Source: Naegleria gruberi (Eukaryota). From it: DNA of 64,000 bases. The stretch is from assembly GCA_000004985.1 (NCBI GenBank), contig GG738845.1; one strand, written 5' to 3'. A program made the position numbers and the translations under genes. The notes below the pieces were generated by a model, which was not told where the DNA came from, made no database searches, and was given only the letters and a program-made list of their open reading frames with translations. Below, one piece after another: positions 1 through 11,417 of this stretch (its first letter is position 1; every line of letters starts with the position of its first letter).

Positions 1-2798
1 AGACAAAGATTAAATTTATGACTGATGGTATTTTGATGAGAGAAATTCAAACAGATCCTCTTTTGCTTAAATATTCAGTTATTGCTTTGGATGAAATTCA
101 CGAAAGAAATGTAAATACAGACATATTGATTGGTTGGTTATCCAGATTTATACCTCAAAGAAATAGAATGGCAGCTGCTGGATTAACAACTCCAGAGGGA
201 CAAACTATAACACCACTCAAATTAATTATCATGAGTGCTACACTCCAATTAGAAAACTTTACTGATAACAAGAAGCTTTTCGCTAATCCACCTCCTGTTG
301 TTGATGTTCAATCAAGACAATATCCAGTTGTTGTTCATTTTAATAAGAGAACAATTTTCAATGACTATATGGAGGCTGCATTCAAGAAGGTTGTAAAAAT
401 TCATGAAAGTTTACCAAATGGTGGTATTTTAATTTTTCTTACTGGTAGAAAAGAGATTGAATTTTTGGTTGAAAAGTTGAAAAATTACTCAACCAAACGT
501 TATGTTCAAATTGTTAAAAAAGAGATGGAAAGGAAGAAATCTCTTAAAGAAAAGGAAGAGGAAAATCAAAGAACGGTAGAGGAAGAAGAAGAATTAATTA
601 ATCAACTGGGTGATTTGAGTGATAGTGATGATGACGGTGATGAAATTTCCTCCAGTAAGAAGGCTGTTGGACTTAAGGAAGATGAAAATTTATTTGACGA
701 CGACCAAGATCAATCCGAGCAAGAAGAAAAAGAAGAAAAAGAAATCAAAGAAGAGGAAGAAAAGGGAAAGAGTGAAACTGTTGTTCTCTTCCAAGAAAAT
801 ATTAAATCCGATAAGGTAAAGAAGGAAGGTGAGGAAAATAATGCCAAGCTCAATAGTAAGAAAAAGGCTGAAAGATTGCATGTACTTCCACTCTATGCTA
901 TGCTTCAACCTCATGAACAAATGAAAGTTTTCAACAATCCGCCTGAGGGTCATAGATTAGTTGTTGTGGCTACCAACGTTGCTGAAACCAGTTTGACCAT
1001 TCCAAATGTTAGATATGTTGTTGATTGTGGTCGTACTAAGGAAAAACAATTTGAAAAGAGTACTGGTATTTTCAAATTCCAAATTGGTTGGACTTCACAA
1101 GCAAGTGCCAATCAGAGAGCAGGTCGTGCAGGTCGTACAGGACCTGGTCATTGTTACAGATTATTCAGCAGTGCTGTGTTTGATCAAAGATTCAAGAATT
1201 ATACTGAACCAGACATTCTCAAAGCCCCAATAGAAAATATCATTTTACAAATGAAGAGTATGGGTATCAAACAAGTCGAAAAATTCCCATTCCCAACTCC
1301 TCCCGATGCTGATTCTGTGAAAAAAGGGGTTGACGCTTTAGTCAATTTAGGTGCTCTTGATAAATTTATCTCAAAAGAGGGAAATATTGAAACAATGATT
1401 ACCAAAATGGGTTCTGCCATGAATAGATTCCCACTCCATCCTAGATTTGCAAAAATGTTAATTCTCTCAAACAATAATCCCGACTTACTATTATATACTG
1501 CAGGTGCTGTGAGTGTAATGACGGTCCAACAAATATTTATGCATGATAACCATTTAACTCTTTTGAAAGAAAAGATTGAGAGAAGAAAACAAGAAGAATT
1601 GAAAGAAAAATTCTCTCGATTAGGAATGAAATCAGATGCCATTGATAAGAACAAGAAGTTGCAAATCGACTTGGAAGAAATTGAAGAAGAGCAAGCTGCA
1701 GAAAGTTTGGAAGAAAATTTATCTGAAGAACAAATCAATGAAGAGAAACAATATTTGGATGAGCAAGAGCTTGAAATGAAGACTAAATGTAAGGAAATTA
1801 AGAAAATGTGGTCCCATCCTCTCAGTGATCATTTGGCAATGCTTAAGGCAGTTGGTGCCTATTTATATGCAGATGATGCAAAAGAGTTTTGTCTCGAATA
1901 TATGTTACATCAAAAGAATATGAGAGAAGTTAGAAAGTTGCATAGACAATTATTAAATACAGTTAGATCAGAATTAAAAGCATCTGCCTTGGAGATTGAT
2001 ACAGACGAAACTGAAGTTGATATTCACGAGAAGGATGAAACTGTTGAATTCCCAGAACCAAAAGATGATGAAGATGAACAATATCAAGTTGATACTGCTA
2101 TCAGACAAGTTATTTGTGCTGGTATGGTCGATCAAGTTGCCAGATTAGCCACTGTGGAAGATTTGGCTCATATGGATGTTTCATATAAGGAAACAAGCAA
2201 GCCTTATGTAACTCTTTCATTGGGAAGGTCTGTACCTGTATTTATTCATCCTGGATCTTGTCTCTTTGGTCGTCATCCAGAGTATGTTGTATTTACCGAA
2301 TTGAGTAAGAGTAGAAAGAATAAGACTTATATGAGAGGAGTGACAGCAATTGAACCAAACTGGATTTCTAGATTTGGTAACAGCAAGTGTGGATTTGTTA
2401 AATTTTCAGACCCTCTCGAATCTCCAGCTCCATTCTATGACTCTGTTGATGATATGGTTAAATGCTTTGTGAGACCAACAATTCGCCAATCGGCTACGGG
2501 TGTTGTTTGGACTCTTCCAATAGAACCTGTTGAGTTTAAGGATGGATCAAGACAGGTTAATGTCTTTGCTAAATCTATTCTCGAAGGAAAGGTGTTCGAA
2601 GGTCTAAAACTTTCAAAAGAAACTATGGTCAACCTTCCAACAATCATTCAATCAAAACGTTTCTTGGACTTGACAATATCTCTAAAGAAAGTGTTCCCAA
2701 ATGGCCTTAAATGCTCCAAAGCCAAATTGCAAGCAAAATGGAATGAAGACTCATCCTTCCTTAGGAAAGAACTTTCAAACCTTGGGTTAAAGTTTTAA
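1..2798 (+). CDS. DHX37: DEAH-box RNA helicase DHX37/Dhr1-like; 5' end lies upstream of the window
   Basis: The frame is open from the window edge and the track ORF is 18..2798. It carries the motifs TDGILMREI, DEIHERNVNTDIL, LIIMSATL, VVATNVAETSLTIP and QRAGRAGRTGPGHCYRLFS. A long acidic K/E/D-rich insert lies between the RecA domains, followed by a C-terminal OB/HA2 region. It aligns along its whole length with human DHX37. The stop codon is TAA at 2796-2798. Confidence 0.88.
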   Translation, partial: TKIKFMTDGILMREIQTDPLLLKYSVIALDEIHERNVNTDILIGWLSRFIPQRNRMAAAGLTTPEGQTITPLKLIIMSATLQLENFTDNKKLFANPPPVVDVQSRQYPVVVHFNKRTIFNDYMEAAFKKVVKIHESLPNGGILIFLTGRKEIEFLVEKLKNYSTKRYVQIVKKEMERKKSLKEKEEENQRTVEEEEELINQLGDLSDSDDDGDEISSSKKAVGLKEDENLFDDDQDQSEQEEKEEKEIKEEEEKGKSETVVLFQENIKSDKVKKEGEENNAKLNSKKKAERLHVLPLYAMLQPHEQMKVFNNPPEGHRLVVVATNVAETSLTIPNVRYVVDCGRTKEKQFEKSTGIFKFQIGWTSQASANQRAGRAGRTGPGHCYRLFSSAVFDQRFKNYTEPDILKAPIENIILQMKSMGIKQVEKFPFPTPPDADSVKKGVDALVNLGALDKFISKEGNIETMITKMGSAMNRFPLHPRFAKMLILSNNNPDLLLYTAGAVSVMTVQQIFMHDNHLTLLKEKIERRKQEELKEKFSRLGMKSDAIDKNKKLQIDLEEIEEEQAAESLEENLSEEQINEEKQYLDEQELEMKTKCKEIKKMWSHPLSDHLAMLKAVGAYLYADDAKEFCLEYMLHQKNMREVRKLHRQLLNTVRSELKASALEIDTDETEVDIHEKDETVEFPEPKDDEDEQYQVDTAIRQVICAGMVDQVARLATVEDLAHMDVSYKETSKPYVTLSLGRSVPVFIHPGSCLFGRHPEYVVFTELSKSRKNKTYMRGVTAIEPNWISRFGNSKCGFVKFSDPLESPAPFYDSVDDMVKCFVRPTIRQSATGVVWTLPIEPVEFKDGSRQVNVFAKSILEGKVFEGLKLSKETMVNLPTIIQSKRFLDLTISLKKVFPNGLKCSKAKLQAKWNEDSSFLRKELSNLGLKF

Positions 2799-3085
2799 TA
2801 AAAACATTATTTGAACAAAAAAAATGGAATCAAAAGGAGTGATTGATTTGTTAGGAGGTGGAGCGTTAGGATATTTTGTTGTTCTTTTAATCTTTTTGCA
2901 CCTTGCTGCCTTTGGTTTCTGGATTGTAAAGGTAATGTGCACTAACACTGATGCTGTAGATGAAAGGAAGAACAAATAGTCATCGGAATTAATGAATGAA
3001 CCGCTGAAATAAAATCCTTTATTGTAGTCGATTTGGGATATGAATTGTGATAAATATTGCAGAAATAATTTATTAATATTATAAA

Positions 3086-4048
3086 CTATCCTTTCTGCAC
3101 TCTGTACTGTTGATATTGCAAAATAACAGACACCAATTGCCAAAATGAAAATTCTGGCCAATACAGAGAAGAAATATAAATCATGGATTTTTCGCACTGC
3201 CACGTCAAGAAATCTGACAATCTCATCTCTCCACTTGTTCTAACAATAATATCAGGTTCACTTGTAGTAAGGAAATACTTGTCGAGTAGTTTAGTTTCTT
3301 CCTCTATTACTATCGACTTTTTTTTCTCCTCATTTGATAAATCTTTGTTGCTGATCTTATCTGAAATGTAATTGGTGATAGCATTTTCGATTTCATAGGT
3401 TGATGTATATGGACAACATAAATTCAATATAAGAGCATCATTACCATATTTTGAATTAATTTTGTAAGAATAGTCCATGGCTCTTTGGGCACTATCTTGA
3501 ACATATTGTGGAAATCTGTTGAAATCTCCTAAAACTCGTAAAATTACCTTATACTTGATTATGAAAGATTTCTTTTTTGTGACCATGTCTTTAAATCTTC
3601 TATCCATTAGATCCATAATATTGTCAACCTCCTGTTTATCCCTTTTAAAATTATCAATCGAAAAAGCATAAACAGTAACAGTTTTCACACCCAACATTTC
3701 ACACCAATTTAGACATTGTTTCAGTTTCTTATATCCGGAACGATGACCCTCTTTGATTGGAATATTCTTTTTAGTTGCATACCTTCTATTACCATCCATA
3801 ATGAAGGCTATGTGTTGTGGAAGCAAATCATTAGTCTTTGGGTCGTATCGTAAAATTCTAACAATACATGTTATTATTAATTCATAAAACCATGTGAACC
3901 ACGAAACTATTACTTGAACAAAAGATTTTTGTTTTTTAATAATCCGAGAATTGTTTCTTTCCGAAATTTTATATTCATTCATTGAGGATTCCAAATTACT
4001 ACTTGTACTACTATTATCATTCCAAGTCATATTAAGCAATAAATTCAT
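3086..4048 (-). CDS. DHDDS: Dehydrodolichyl diphosphate synthase (cis-prenyltransferase, Rer2/DHDDS family)
   Basis: The true ATG is at 4048; the track start at 4051 is TTG. An N-terminal TM helix precedes the UPP-synthase motifs HIAFIMDGNRRYA, VYAFSIDNFKR and RTSGEMRLSDFLTWQ. It is a single exon. Confidence 0.88.
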   Translation of the reverse strand: MNLLLNMTWNDNSSTSSNLESSMNEYKISERNNSRIIKKQKSFVQVIVSWFTWFYELIITCIVRILRYDPKTNDLLPQHIAFIMDGNRRYATKKNIPIKEGHRSGYKKLKQCLNWCEMLGVKTVTVYAFSIDNFKRDKQEVDNIMDLMDRRFKDMVTKKKSFIIKYKVILRVLGDFNRFPQYVQDSAQRAMDYSYKINSKYGNDALILNLCCPYTSTYEIENAITNYISDKISNKDLSNEEKKKSIVIEEETKLLDKYFLTTSEPDIIVRTSGEMRLSDFLTWQCEKSMIYISSLYWPEFSFWQLVSVILQYQQYRVQKG

Positions 4049-4128
4049 CAAAAAACAAAGTGTTTGTATTTTTTTTTGTTTTTTATTTCGGACTTTATTT
4101 TGGACACGTTTTCCAATACTGATGTGAC

Positions 4129-7100
4129 CTAGTTGTGTTTGTTTTTTTTGGAATGTGGCCTAATATTGTTGTCTATTGGTTTTCTCTTCTTAGTGAGAAT
4201 GGTACGAATGGTTGGACCACTATTCTCTAAAACCTTATCAACAAGTTGTTCTTGCCCGTTGTGGAGAAATGAGTGTATAACTGGATTATAGTCTTGTTTG
4301 AAATGCAATACAGACCACTCTATGAAAATTATTATTAAATTGGGAACGGACATTGCTGTTGTGGTAAAATCTCTAACAAGTGTTTCAAAAAAACCAAGTA
4401 CTTCATCACGTTCATGATTTGCAAGAAGATTTGTTCTATCAAATACCTCAGTAATGATGAAAGATAACTTTTTTGAAAAATTTTCACAATTGCCAGCTTG
4501 GTTGATTAATATTTTCAATCCATCTAGAAACCAAGATTTAGAATTTTGGTCTGATTTTGTTGCCAAATAAATTTCTAATTCTCTATCACACATTCTTAAA
4601 ATTGAGAAGAAATCTGTAGGCAAGCGTGTCAATATATTAGTGCTAAGATTTGCTAATTCCACAAATATATTTCTCATGACAGAGTTCAAGTCTTCCTCAT
4701 CCCTCATAAAGTGGTTGAATATTATGCTCTTAATATGATCAGATAAATTATGAATCACTGATGCAAGATCTGGTAGCCAATATATCCAATACTTCAGTTC
4801 TAACACCTCACAAAGAGTTTTGGAAGCTAGTAAGTTATTTGTTAAAATGCTGGAAAACCATAGAAATTCTTGATTCGATAACATTTTAAATTGACCAGTA
4901 TGGAAGAGTAATGCCAATCTCTGTAGAAGAGGAGGAAATTTCTCATTTTGTTTTGCCATATTTATGGAGAATACTCGATTTTCTCCAATGATTTGGCAAA
5001 TAGTCTTTAAAAAGGGAACAATATTTTGAGAAGAGTCTTTCCATTTGATCACTTTACAAGTTATGCCATCAAAAACAATGTTTAAAAAGTTAACGTGATC
5101 CCTAGAGTGTAAACTTTTGAAAATCACCTCTAAAATTTTTCCAAATCCATCATAACTCTTTTTCTGTGAGCATTCCACAAATATCTCCCTGCAAACTATT
5201 CCCAAATCCTCCAACAAGAACACATCTCTATATTTTTCTATTATATCCGAAAGACATCTGTTGAAGGTACTACTTTGGGTTATCATTCCAGCTCTTACCA
5301 ATTGTCGAGTTAGAGAGGAAGAGTCTATAAGAGTGTTGGACTCTATGAGCTCAAAAACAAACTTTCTAATCTCAAATGGATTTTGCTCTGCAATCTCTTT
5401 TTCCATTATAATTCTGAAAGAAAAACAGTTATGAAAAGGATGAACCTGGGGTAGATTGATTCTTAGGAAATTTAGCAGACCCAAAGATTTGATAGAGAGT
5501 TTTGTTTGGAATTCTTTAAAACGTTTTAACATTTTTTCAGAATTTTCGCAGAAGAATTGTAAAAATTCTATAGGTCTGTTGGAATACATTTCTAAAATGG
5601 ATTCTAAAATTGTATTCTCAGAAGTTGGATCAATAGGTTGAGATTTGGAATCAGAGAGGTAAAACTTGGAAAGAATGGATAGTCGTATTGAATTTGCGAC
5701 TGGTCCTATCGATTCTTCTTCAATTGATTCAAGGGGAGATATGATACATTGCCTAGCATGCGTTGAATCCTCTAAAATTATTCTCTCTTCAATTGTTGAT
5801 AGTAAAGGTATGGTAAACTTGTTTTTTTGCAAGAGGGATTTAAGCCATGTTTGAAAGTTGAATCTTAAAATACAATCAGAAGAATGATTGGTTATAACTT
5901 ACTTAATGGATTTCGAATAATGAAATAATGTAGCCCAGTACATGCAATTGTGGATGTAAAATCGTGATAAAGTATTGGAAGTTATGTTCGGATGTAAAAA
6001 TAAAATATTATCTATTATATCAATGAATGAATTTTCATCCCTAGTATCTGATAAAAGTTGTACAAATCTATTTACAAAAATGTCATTATCTTGTCTGACC
6101 ATAAAAATAAAACCAGAAATTTTCAATTGTTTTGAATGAAGGAAATGTTGCTGAGAAATTCTAAAGCAAATCTTGGCCAAAAACCTTTTAAAAAATGATT
6201 TCTCACATGCCTTGTATACCAATAGCACTTTTTCTATCAATTCTTTTTTAAATTCGTCAGAATATAGTAATAATATGAAAATGGTAGCTGTTAAATCTTC
6301 TACAATATTATAAGGTATATGTTTAGTAGCCTCACCAAATATAAAGCTATTATCCTTACTGATAAATGAATAATCAATTTCAGGCCGTGAATTGAATATC
6401 TTTAACAAATCGAATAACTTTGTTGATGGCAACTCCTGAAAAATAAACCGTTGAACCAAATTACTTATTGTGAAATTATTAATACAGTGAATACTAGCAA
6501 TGCAATCCCAAACATCAAAAAGATCTTTTTTTTCGAGAGGAGTCATTTCTAAAAAGAGGCGAAGGAATTTTGCAATGTTCTCCATGATTTTAAGTAGAAT
6601 TGACTCGCTAGTACTCGACTCTTCCAGACTTGTAAATTCTATCTGGGTTGGCATTGAGAAAACCATTGATGAATTTTGAATTAATAAATTCAATTCCATA
6701 CTACAGTTTTTCAATATGGTCGCTAAACTTTGAAAGTTATAAATATTGAATTGTTTTGAGGTATTAGACACAAAGGTAAAATCGATTAGGTTACATTTTT
6801 CAAGTTCGTCAAAAAATTGCTGTAGAATTCCTCTACCAAAAATATAATTAGATTCTGTGCATAAAATCATGTCAGTCACATTATGGTATTTTTTCATTAA
6901 ATGTGAGGCTATTCTTTCAGAAATAAAGCCAATGCTAATTAATTTATCCTCCTCTGATGTGTCAAGAAAGAAAAAGGTAAGCCTTCTTTGTTGACTGCAT
7001 ACTTCAAATAATGAATAATTTTTGAATTTTGGATTAATAAATCTATGAATATCATTCTCAATCTTATCCAGAAAAGTATGCTCAAGTAATAGAAAAATCC

Positions 7101-7641
7101 AAGTGTTCATACTAAAAAAACTTTCTCCACCCAAACTTGAAATTCCACTATCTGATAAATCTCCAAACATGATTAATTCCTCTTCCAAAACTTGTTTAAC
7201 TGAAAGATGAAATATATTCAATTGTTCCAATAAAACTTCTGTAATTCTATCCTTTAGAATAGTTTCTAAATATTTAAACGAATTTTGCTTGGCATTTTTC
7301 GAAATGGAAAAGTATAATGTTGTAAACAAGCTCATAAAAATGTCAAACCACAACATTTTGTGATTAAATATTATTTTCTTATAGATTTCATCTAGATTGG
7401 CTGACGATTTGCTTGTTTCATTGAACAGTCTCGCAAGATATTCAATAAATAATTTTGAAATTGATGAGAACAATATCGGAAATTTGTGCATGTAGTAATT
7501 CAAATTTTGCCATTGTGTATGTGATAAATCTAAATAATTGGAAGATGAATCCCGTTTAATAGCCTCTTCTATTCCCTTCCAAATTATTTGAAAGGTGTGG
7601 AAAGCCTTTATATGTGTGGAAGACATGACGGTAATCAACAT
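4129..7641 (-). CDS. Large (~1157 aa) leucine-rich alpha-helical protein of unknown function; 2 exons joined by a 39-nt intron
   Basis: The exons are 7641..5903 and 5863..4129, separated by the intron 5864..5902 (gtaagttataacc...attttaag). The phase is consistent: the exon ends in AA, the next supplies A to give K, and the frame continues into track ORF 4129..5832. The track 'M' at 5832 is TTG. The start is ATG 7641, or possibly 7626. I recognised no domain. Confidence 0.55.
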
Positions 7642-7705
7642 GAAAACATTTTTTGCTTCAATTCTAAAAATAAAACATAATTGCGAATAAATAATAACAA
7701 AAAAA

Positions 7706-8028
7706 ATGGCCAACGATAAGAAGGTTGATAACGAAGTGGAAAACAAAGTCGATGAACAAGATGTTTTGGAAGATGATGACTTTGAGGAATTTGAAGATGA
7801 AAGTATGTATTATTAATAGTAAAAATCAACAAAAATATGGTCCGATCTTGAATGATTGCTTAATAATTTTTATTATTTAATTGTAATACAACAGAATGGG
7901 ATGTAAACCAAAAGGAAGAACAAGAACAATTAGAATGGGAAGAAGATTGGGACGATGAAGATGTGGACGATTTTTCGAAACAATTACGTGAAGAACTCAA
8001 ACGACACGAAATGCAAGACGATCAATAA
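7706..8028 (+). CDS. SEM1: 26S proteasome complex subunit DSS1/Sem1 (2 exons)
   Basis: Exon 1 is 7706..7802 (MANDKKVDNEVENKVDEQDVLEDDDFEEFEDE), the GTATGT intron is 7803..7894, and exon 2 is 7895..8028 (KWDVNQKEEQEQLEWEEDWDDEDVDDFSKQLREELKRHEMQDDQ*). It is an acidic ~77-aa protein. The conserved Trp residues and the DDFxxQLRxEL tail are typical of DSS1. Confidence 0.8.
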
Positions 8029-8180
8029 TTATTTATTCATTAAACAGTCACCATTTACAACCCATTATCATTCCCTCCATCCCTAATACTCTTCTGCAAT
8101 AATTCTATCATTGTAGATGTGCTTTATATTCCATTGTAAAAATAAAAACAAATTGCTTATTTGTAATGTTAATAAAAAAT

Positions 8181-10454
8181 TTATTGTTTTGTTAGAGCAG
8201 TAAACAGAGATTCAGCTCTGGAGTAATAACTCTTTTTGGAAACTGAAGAAGGTGATTGCATCGGAGAAGCCGATAATGGAGAAGATGTTAAGAAGCTAGA
8301 AGTCTTAGAACTGAATGGTGAATAGCTTAATGAAGAAATATCTCTTTCTGGTGTGTATGGAAGTTTGTCAGAAGGGGATTTGAAGGCGTCAAACTTTTCA
8401 GCTGAACCATTAATCTTGGAATTGATTAAATTGAAATTAACACCCATTCCAATAATATTGGTTGTAACAGGAGTACTTGTAATTGAGGAGGATCTTTGAG
8501 GTTGAGGAGTAATACTAACGTCATCAGTAAAATCCAATCGCTTACCAAATCCTTGCTTTCTTTCTCTACCAGTTATTTGGTTTTGAGGAGTGGATGGACT
8601 GAAAAGATATGATGGGCTTCCAAAACTATTGTTAATTGGGGATTTCTTTTTTGGAGTATTAATATTTGAGCCAGTTGGACTATCAGATTCGCGTTTACGT
8701 TTTCTTAAAATGGAAGGAGAATTAAATTTGAGTGGAGACATGAAATCTTTTGAAGGTGAAAAGAATGGAATATGTTTTGAAGGTGTTTTGGATGGACTAA
8801 ACAGAATGGAATTTCTATCATGTTTAGGACTGGAAAACATTTCCTCAAAACTGAAGGAAGAATTTAAATTTGAAGTATCATGCTTACTTGGGGAAGGAGC
8901 CATGGCAATATCATAATGTAAATTATTTGGATAAACATCAGTGCTCATTTCTGGGTTGTATGTTGGTGGTTGTACAAGAATTGAATTATTCGCATCATTG
9001 ACTGGTTGAATTTCAACAAATAATGATTCTCCATAACACTCATTTTGAGGTTCATCATACTCAATCAAAGAAGGTGCAATATCAACAACTGATCCTTCAG
9101 CTGTAGTAATAGTCTCAGTAACTGTTGTTTCAACTTGTTGTGGAGCCACTGTAAGTGACACCATTGGAGGAATAGTTGGTGGTACAGAACTGGATGGAAA
9201 AGTGGATGGAATTTGTGGAGGTTGTGATTTTGGTGGCAACTCATTGAGTTGATCTGTTTTCTTAGATTTTCTTCTCGTGTATTTTCTCTTTGGTTTGGCA
9301 TTAGGATCTATGAGAGGTGTTGAGCAAGTGGAAGTTGTTGTGCTATTTGTTTGACTGGATACAATTGAAGTTGTACTAGCTTCTGAAACTGTATCTAAAC
9401 CATCGTCAGACTTTTTCTTAGCAGCACGTCCTCTAGGTTTTGTTGGTGGAAGACCTTCTTTTTCTCTTCGTTCCCTTTCCATCTTTCTTCTCATTGTTGA
9501 ATTCCAATGATTCTTAATGGCATTGTCAGTTCTTCCAGGTAAAAGTTTAGCAATTTGTGCCCATTTGTTACCATAATCTTTATGTGCTTGATAAATGATA
9601 CGATCTTCTTCCTCAGTCCATGGTCCTTTGTTGATATCTGGATTAAGATGATTGTGCCACCTTTCACGACATTGTTTACCAATTCTTCCAGGTAAATGTT
9701 GAGCAATGAGTGACCATTTTTTGGCACCATACTTTTTAACTAATTCGACAACTTGATTGTCTTCCTCCTGGGTCCATGGTCCTTTGACAACTTCAGGATT
9801 CAAAACTTTTTGCCATCTGTGAAGACATTGAACATCAGTTCTTTCAGGGAAATGTTCGGCGATCTTCTTCCAATTTTTGGCTCTATGATGCAAAACAGCA
9901 GCCTTTAATATTCTGTCTTCTTCTGGTGTCCATTTTACTTTGGATTTGTCCCTTATAAGAATTAGCTAATAATCTTCTGATTTCACTTACTTTTTAGAAC
10001 AAGTACTCTCTCCTTCCGATTCATCAGTACTTTCGGATGGATCAGCTTCGTCATCGGAAACAGCATCTTTAGACTTGGATGTCGACACGATGATTGGGGT
10101 ATTCATTTTCAAGGGTGTATCTGGAGAAATAGAAGCAACAATACCACTCGGTGGAATTATTCCTGTTGCACTTGTATATGGAGATGAATAATTGTTATGG
10201 ATATTAATTTCTGAGAGTAATCCTGAGTGATGATGAATTGTTCCATTGAACATTAAAAATTGTTTAGTGCCATTTGAATCGGTGGATGGGACAAGTGGAG
10301 AAGGATGATGTGGATCCATCATTGGAGGATATGGGGTTGTTGGAGTTGAATATAAAACAGGATTTGTAGTGCTTGTACTTGTGGAAGGAGGAGGGTTAGT
10401 TGGGTTTTGAAGAAAAGCAGAGTTAGGTTGTTTCTTTGTTGTGTTAGGGTTCAT
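8181..10454 (-). CDS. c-Myb-like transcription factor with R1-R2-R3 Myb repeats (2 exons, ~744 aa)
   Basis: Exon 1 is 10454..9991 and is S/T/P-rich and acidic, ending ...ESTCSKK. The intron is 9952..9990 (39 nt, gtaagtg...cttataag). Exon 2 is 9951..8181. The junction restores Myb repeat R1: [50 protein letters not shown]2 and R3 follow: [24 protein letters not shown] and [24 protein letters not shown]. Confidence 0.88.
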
Positions 10455-11417
10455 GATGATTGTTTCGATCAGAGAACTTGTGTTGACTTTGAATTATGGC
10501 AGTAACGATATTGCAAGAGGAAGGAAATATTGAATTGGCTTCCGTGATTGGCTATAAAGCAGAATACAAGAATATATTTGTTGAAAGGATTTGATGAAAT
10601 ATTAGATTGCAATCATTTGATATAATTTAATATTACACAAGAGTAGGAAGGTAAGCATCATAAGAAATCAAATACAAACCTCTTTTTAAAGAAAGGTCAA
10701 GTTGTTGCCGACCTTGTAACAAACAAGATAATTCCAAGTAGATGATGTCTAATTTTGTATCCACAACTCACCTATGGTTGTGAATGGATGATGCTATAGT
10801 AAAGAGGAATTAATTTAATAAAAACTTTGAAATTTTAGGCTTGATAGAGACTACCTAACATACGCTTGTAAGTCTCGTGCTGGATGCTGTGGAAATTTTT
10901 TTGGAGTGGTTGAACAAGTGATTTATTTTGGCGCAAATTTTTTTTAACGGCCGTTACAATAACGTTCATTTTTTCAAATGCTTGTTGTATCTAACACAGA
11001 GAAAATATCAACGCTAGTCATTTCTTCCTAATCACCTCTGTAGTATTAAACAAAGTTCTTGAAAAATAAGAATTAGATCCTCTTCACAATTCTGCCTCTT
11101 TATCTAACCATTCCTTCCCTAATTGACAACTGTTGTGTGGGGGTTATACTCTTCTTTTTTCGTCTTGAGCAGAATAAACTTTTTGAACAGCAAGCATAAT
11201 ACTATAATTGCTTGCAAATTAATGCTGAAGCCAATGGTGATATTTTAATTCCATCGCATGATGTGTTTCACATGCATATCATTATTATGTTTTTTTTTGT
11301 GGATTTTCTTGCAACATTTTTTAATTTCTTATTGAAACGATTATTTTTCGCGCCAAAACGGTCAGTTATGTCTCGACAATTGATTATTCCAAATTCGTTG
11401 TTTCATGAAGTGATAAT

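Noticed and set aside
5830-5832. ORF-track 'M' starts at 5832, 51631, 57531, 4051, 16345 and 32282, suggesting separate genes or start sites.
   Set aside because: These codons are TTG/GTG/CTG. The track uses a bacterial start table. In each case the frame continues upstream into an exon or a true ATG lies nearby, so I re-derived the starts.
8590-9730. Several 78-108-aa ORFs inside or antisense to the Myb gene (8590..8916 +, 9065..9301 -, 9491..9730 -).
   Set aside because: They are overlapping or alternative frames of a well-supported coding exon with Myb repeats. They have no independent start context or homology.
10848-10858. An identical 11-mer, agactacctaa, appears in both large intergenic gaps; the second copy is at 57206..57216.
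   Set aside because: With about 1.3e5 strand positions in the window, hundreds of 11-mer coincidences are expected by chance. Flanks do not extend the match. There is no basis for a shared element.
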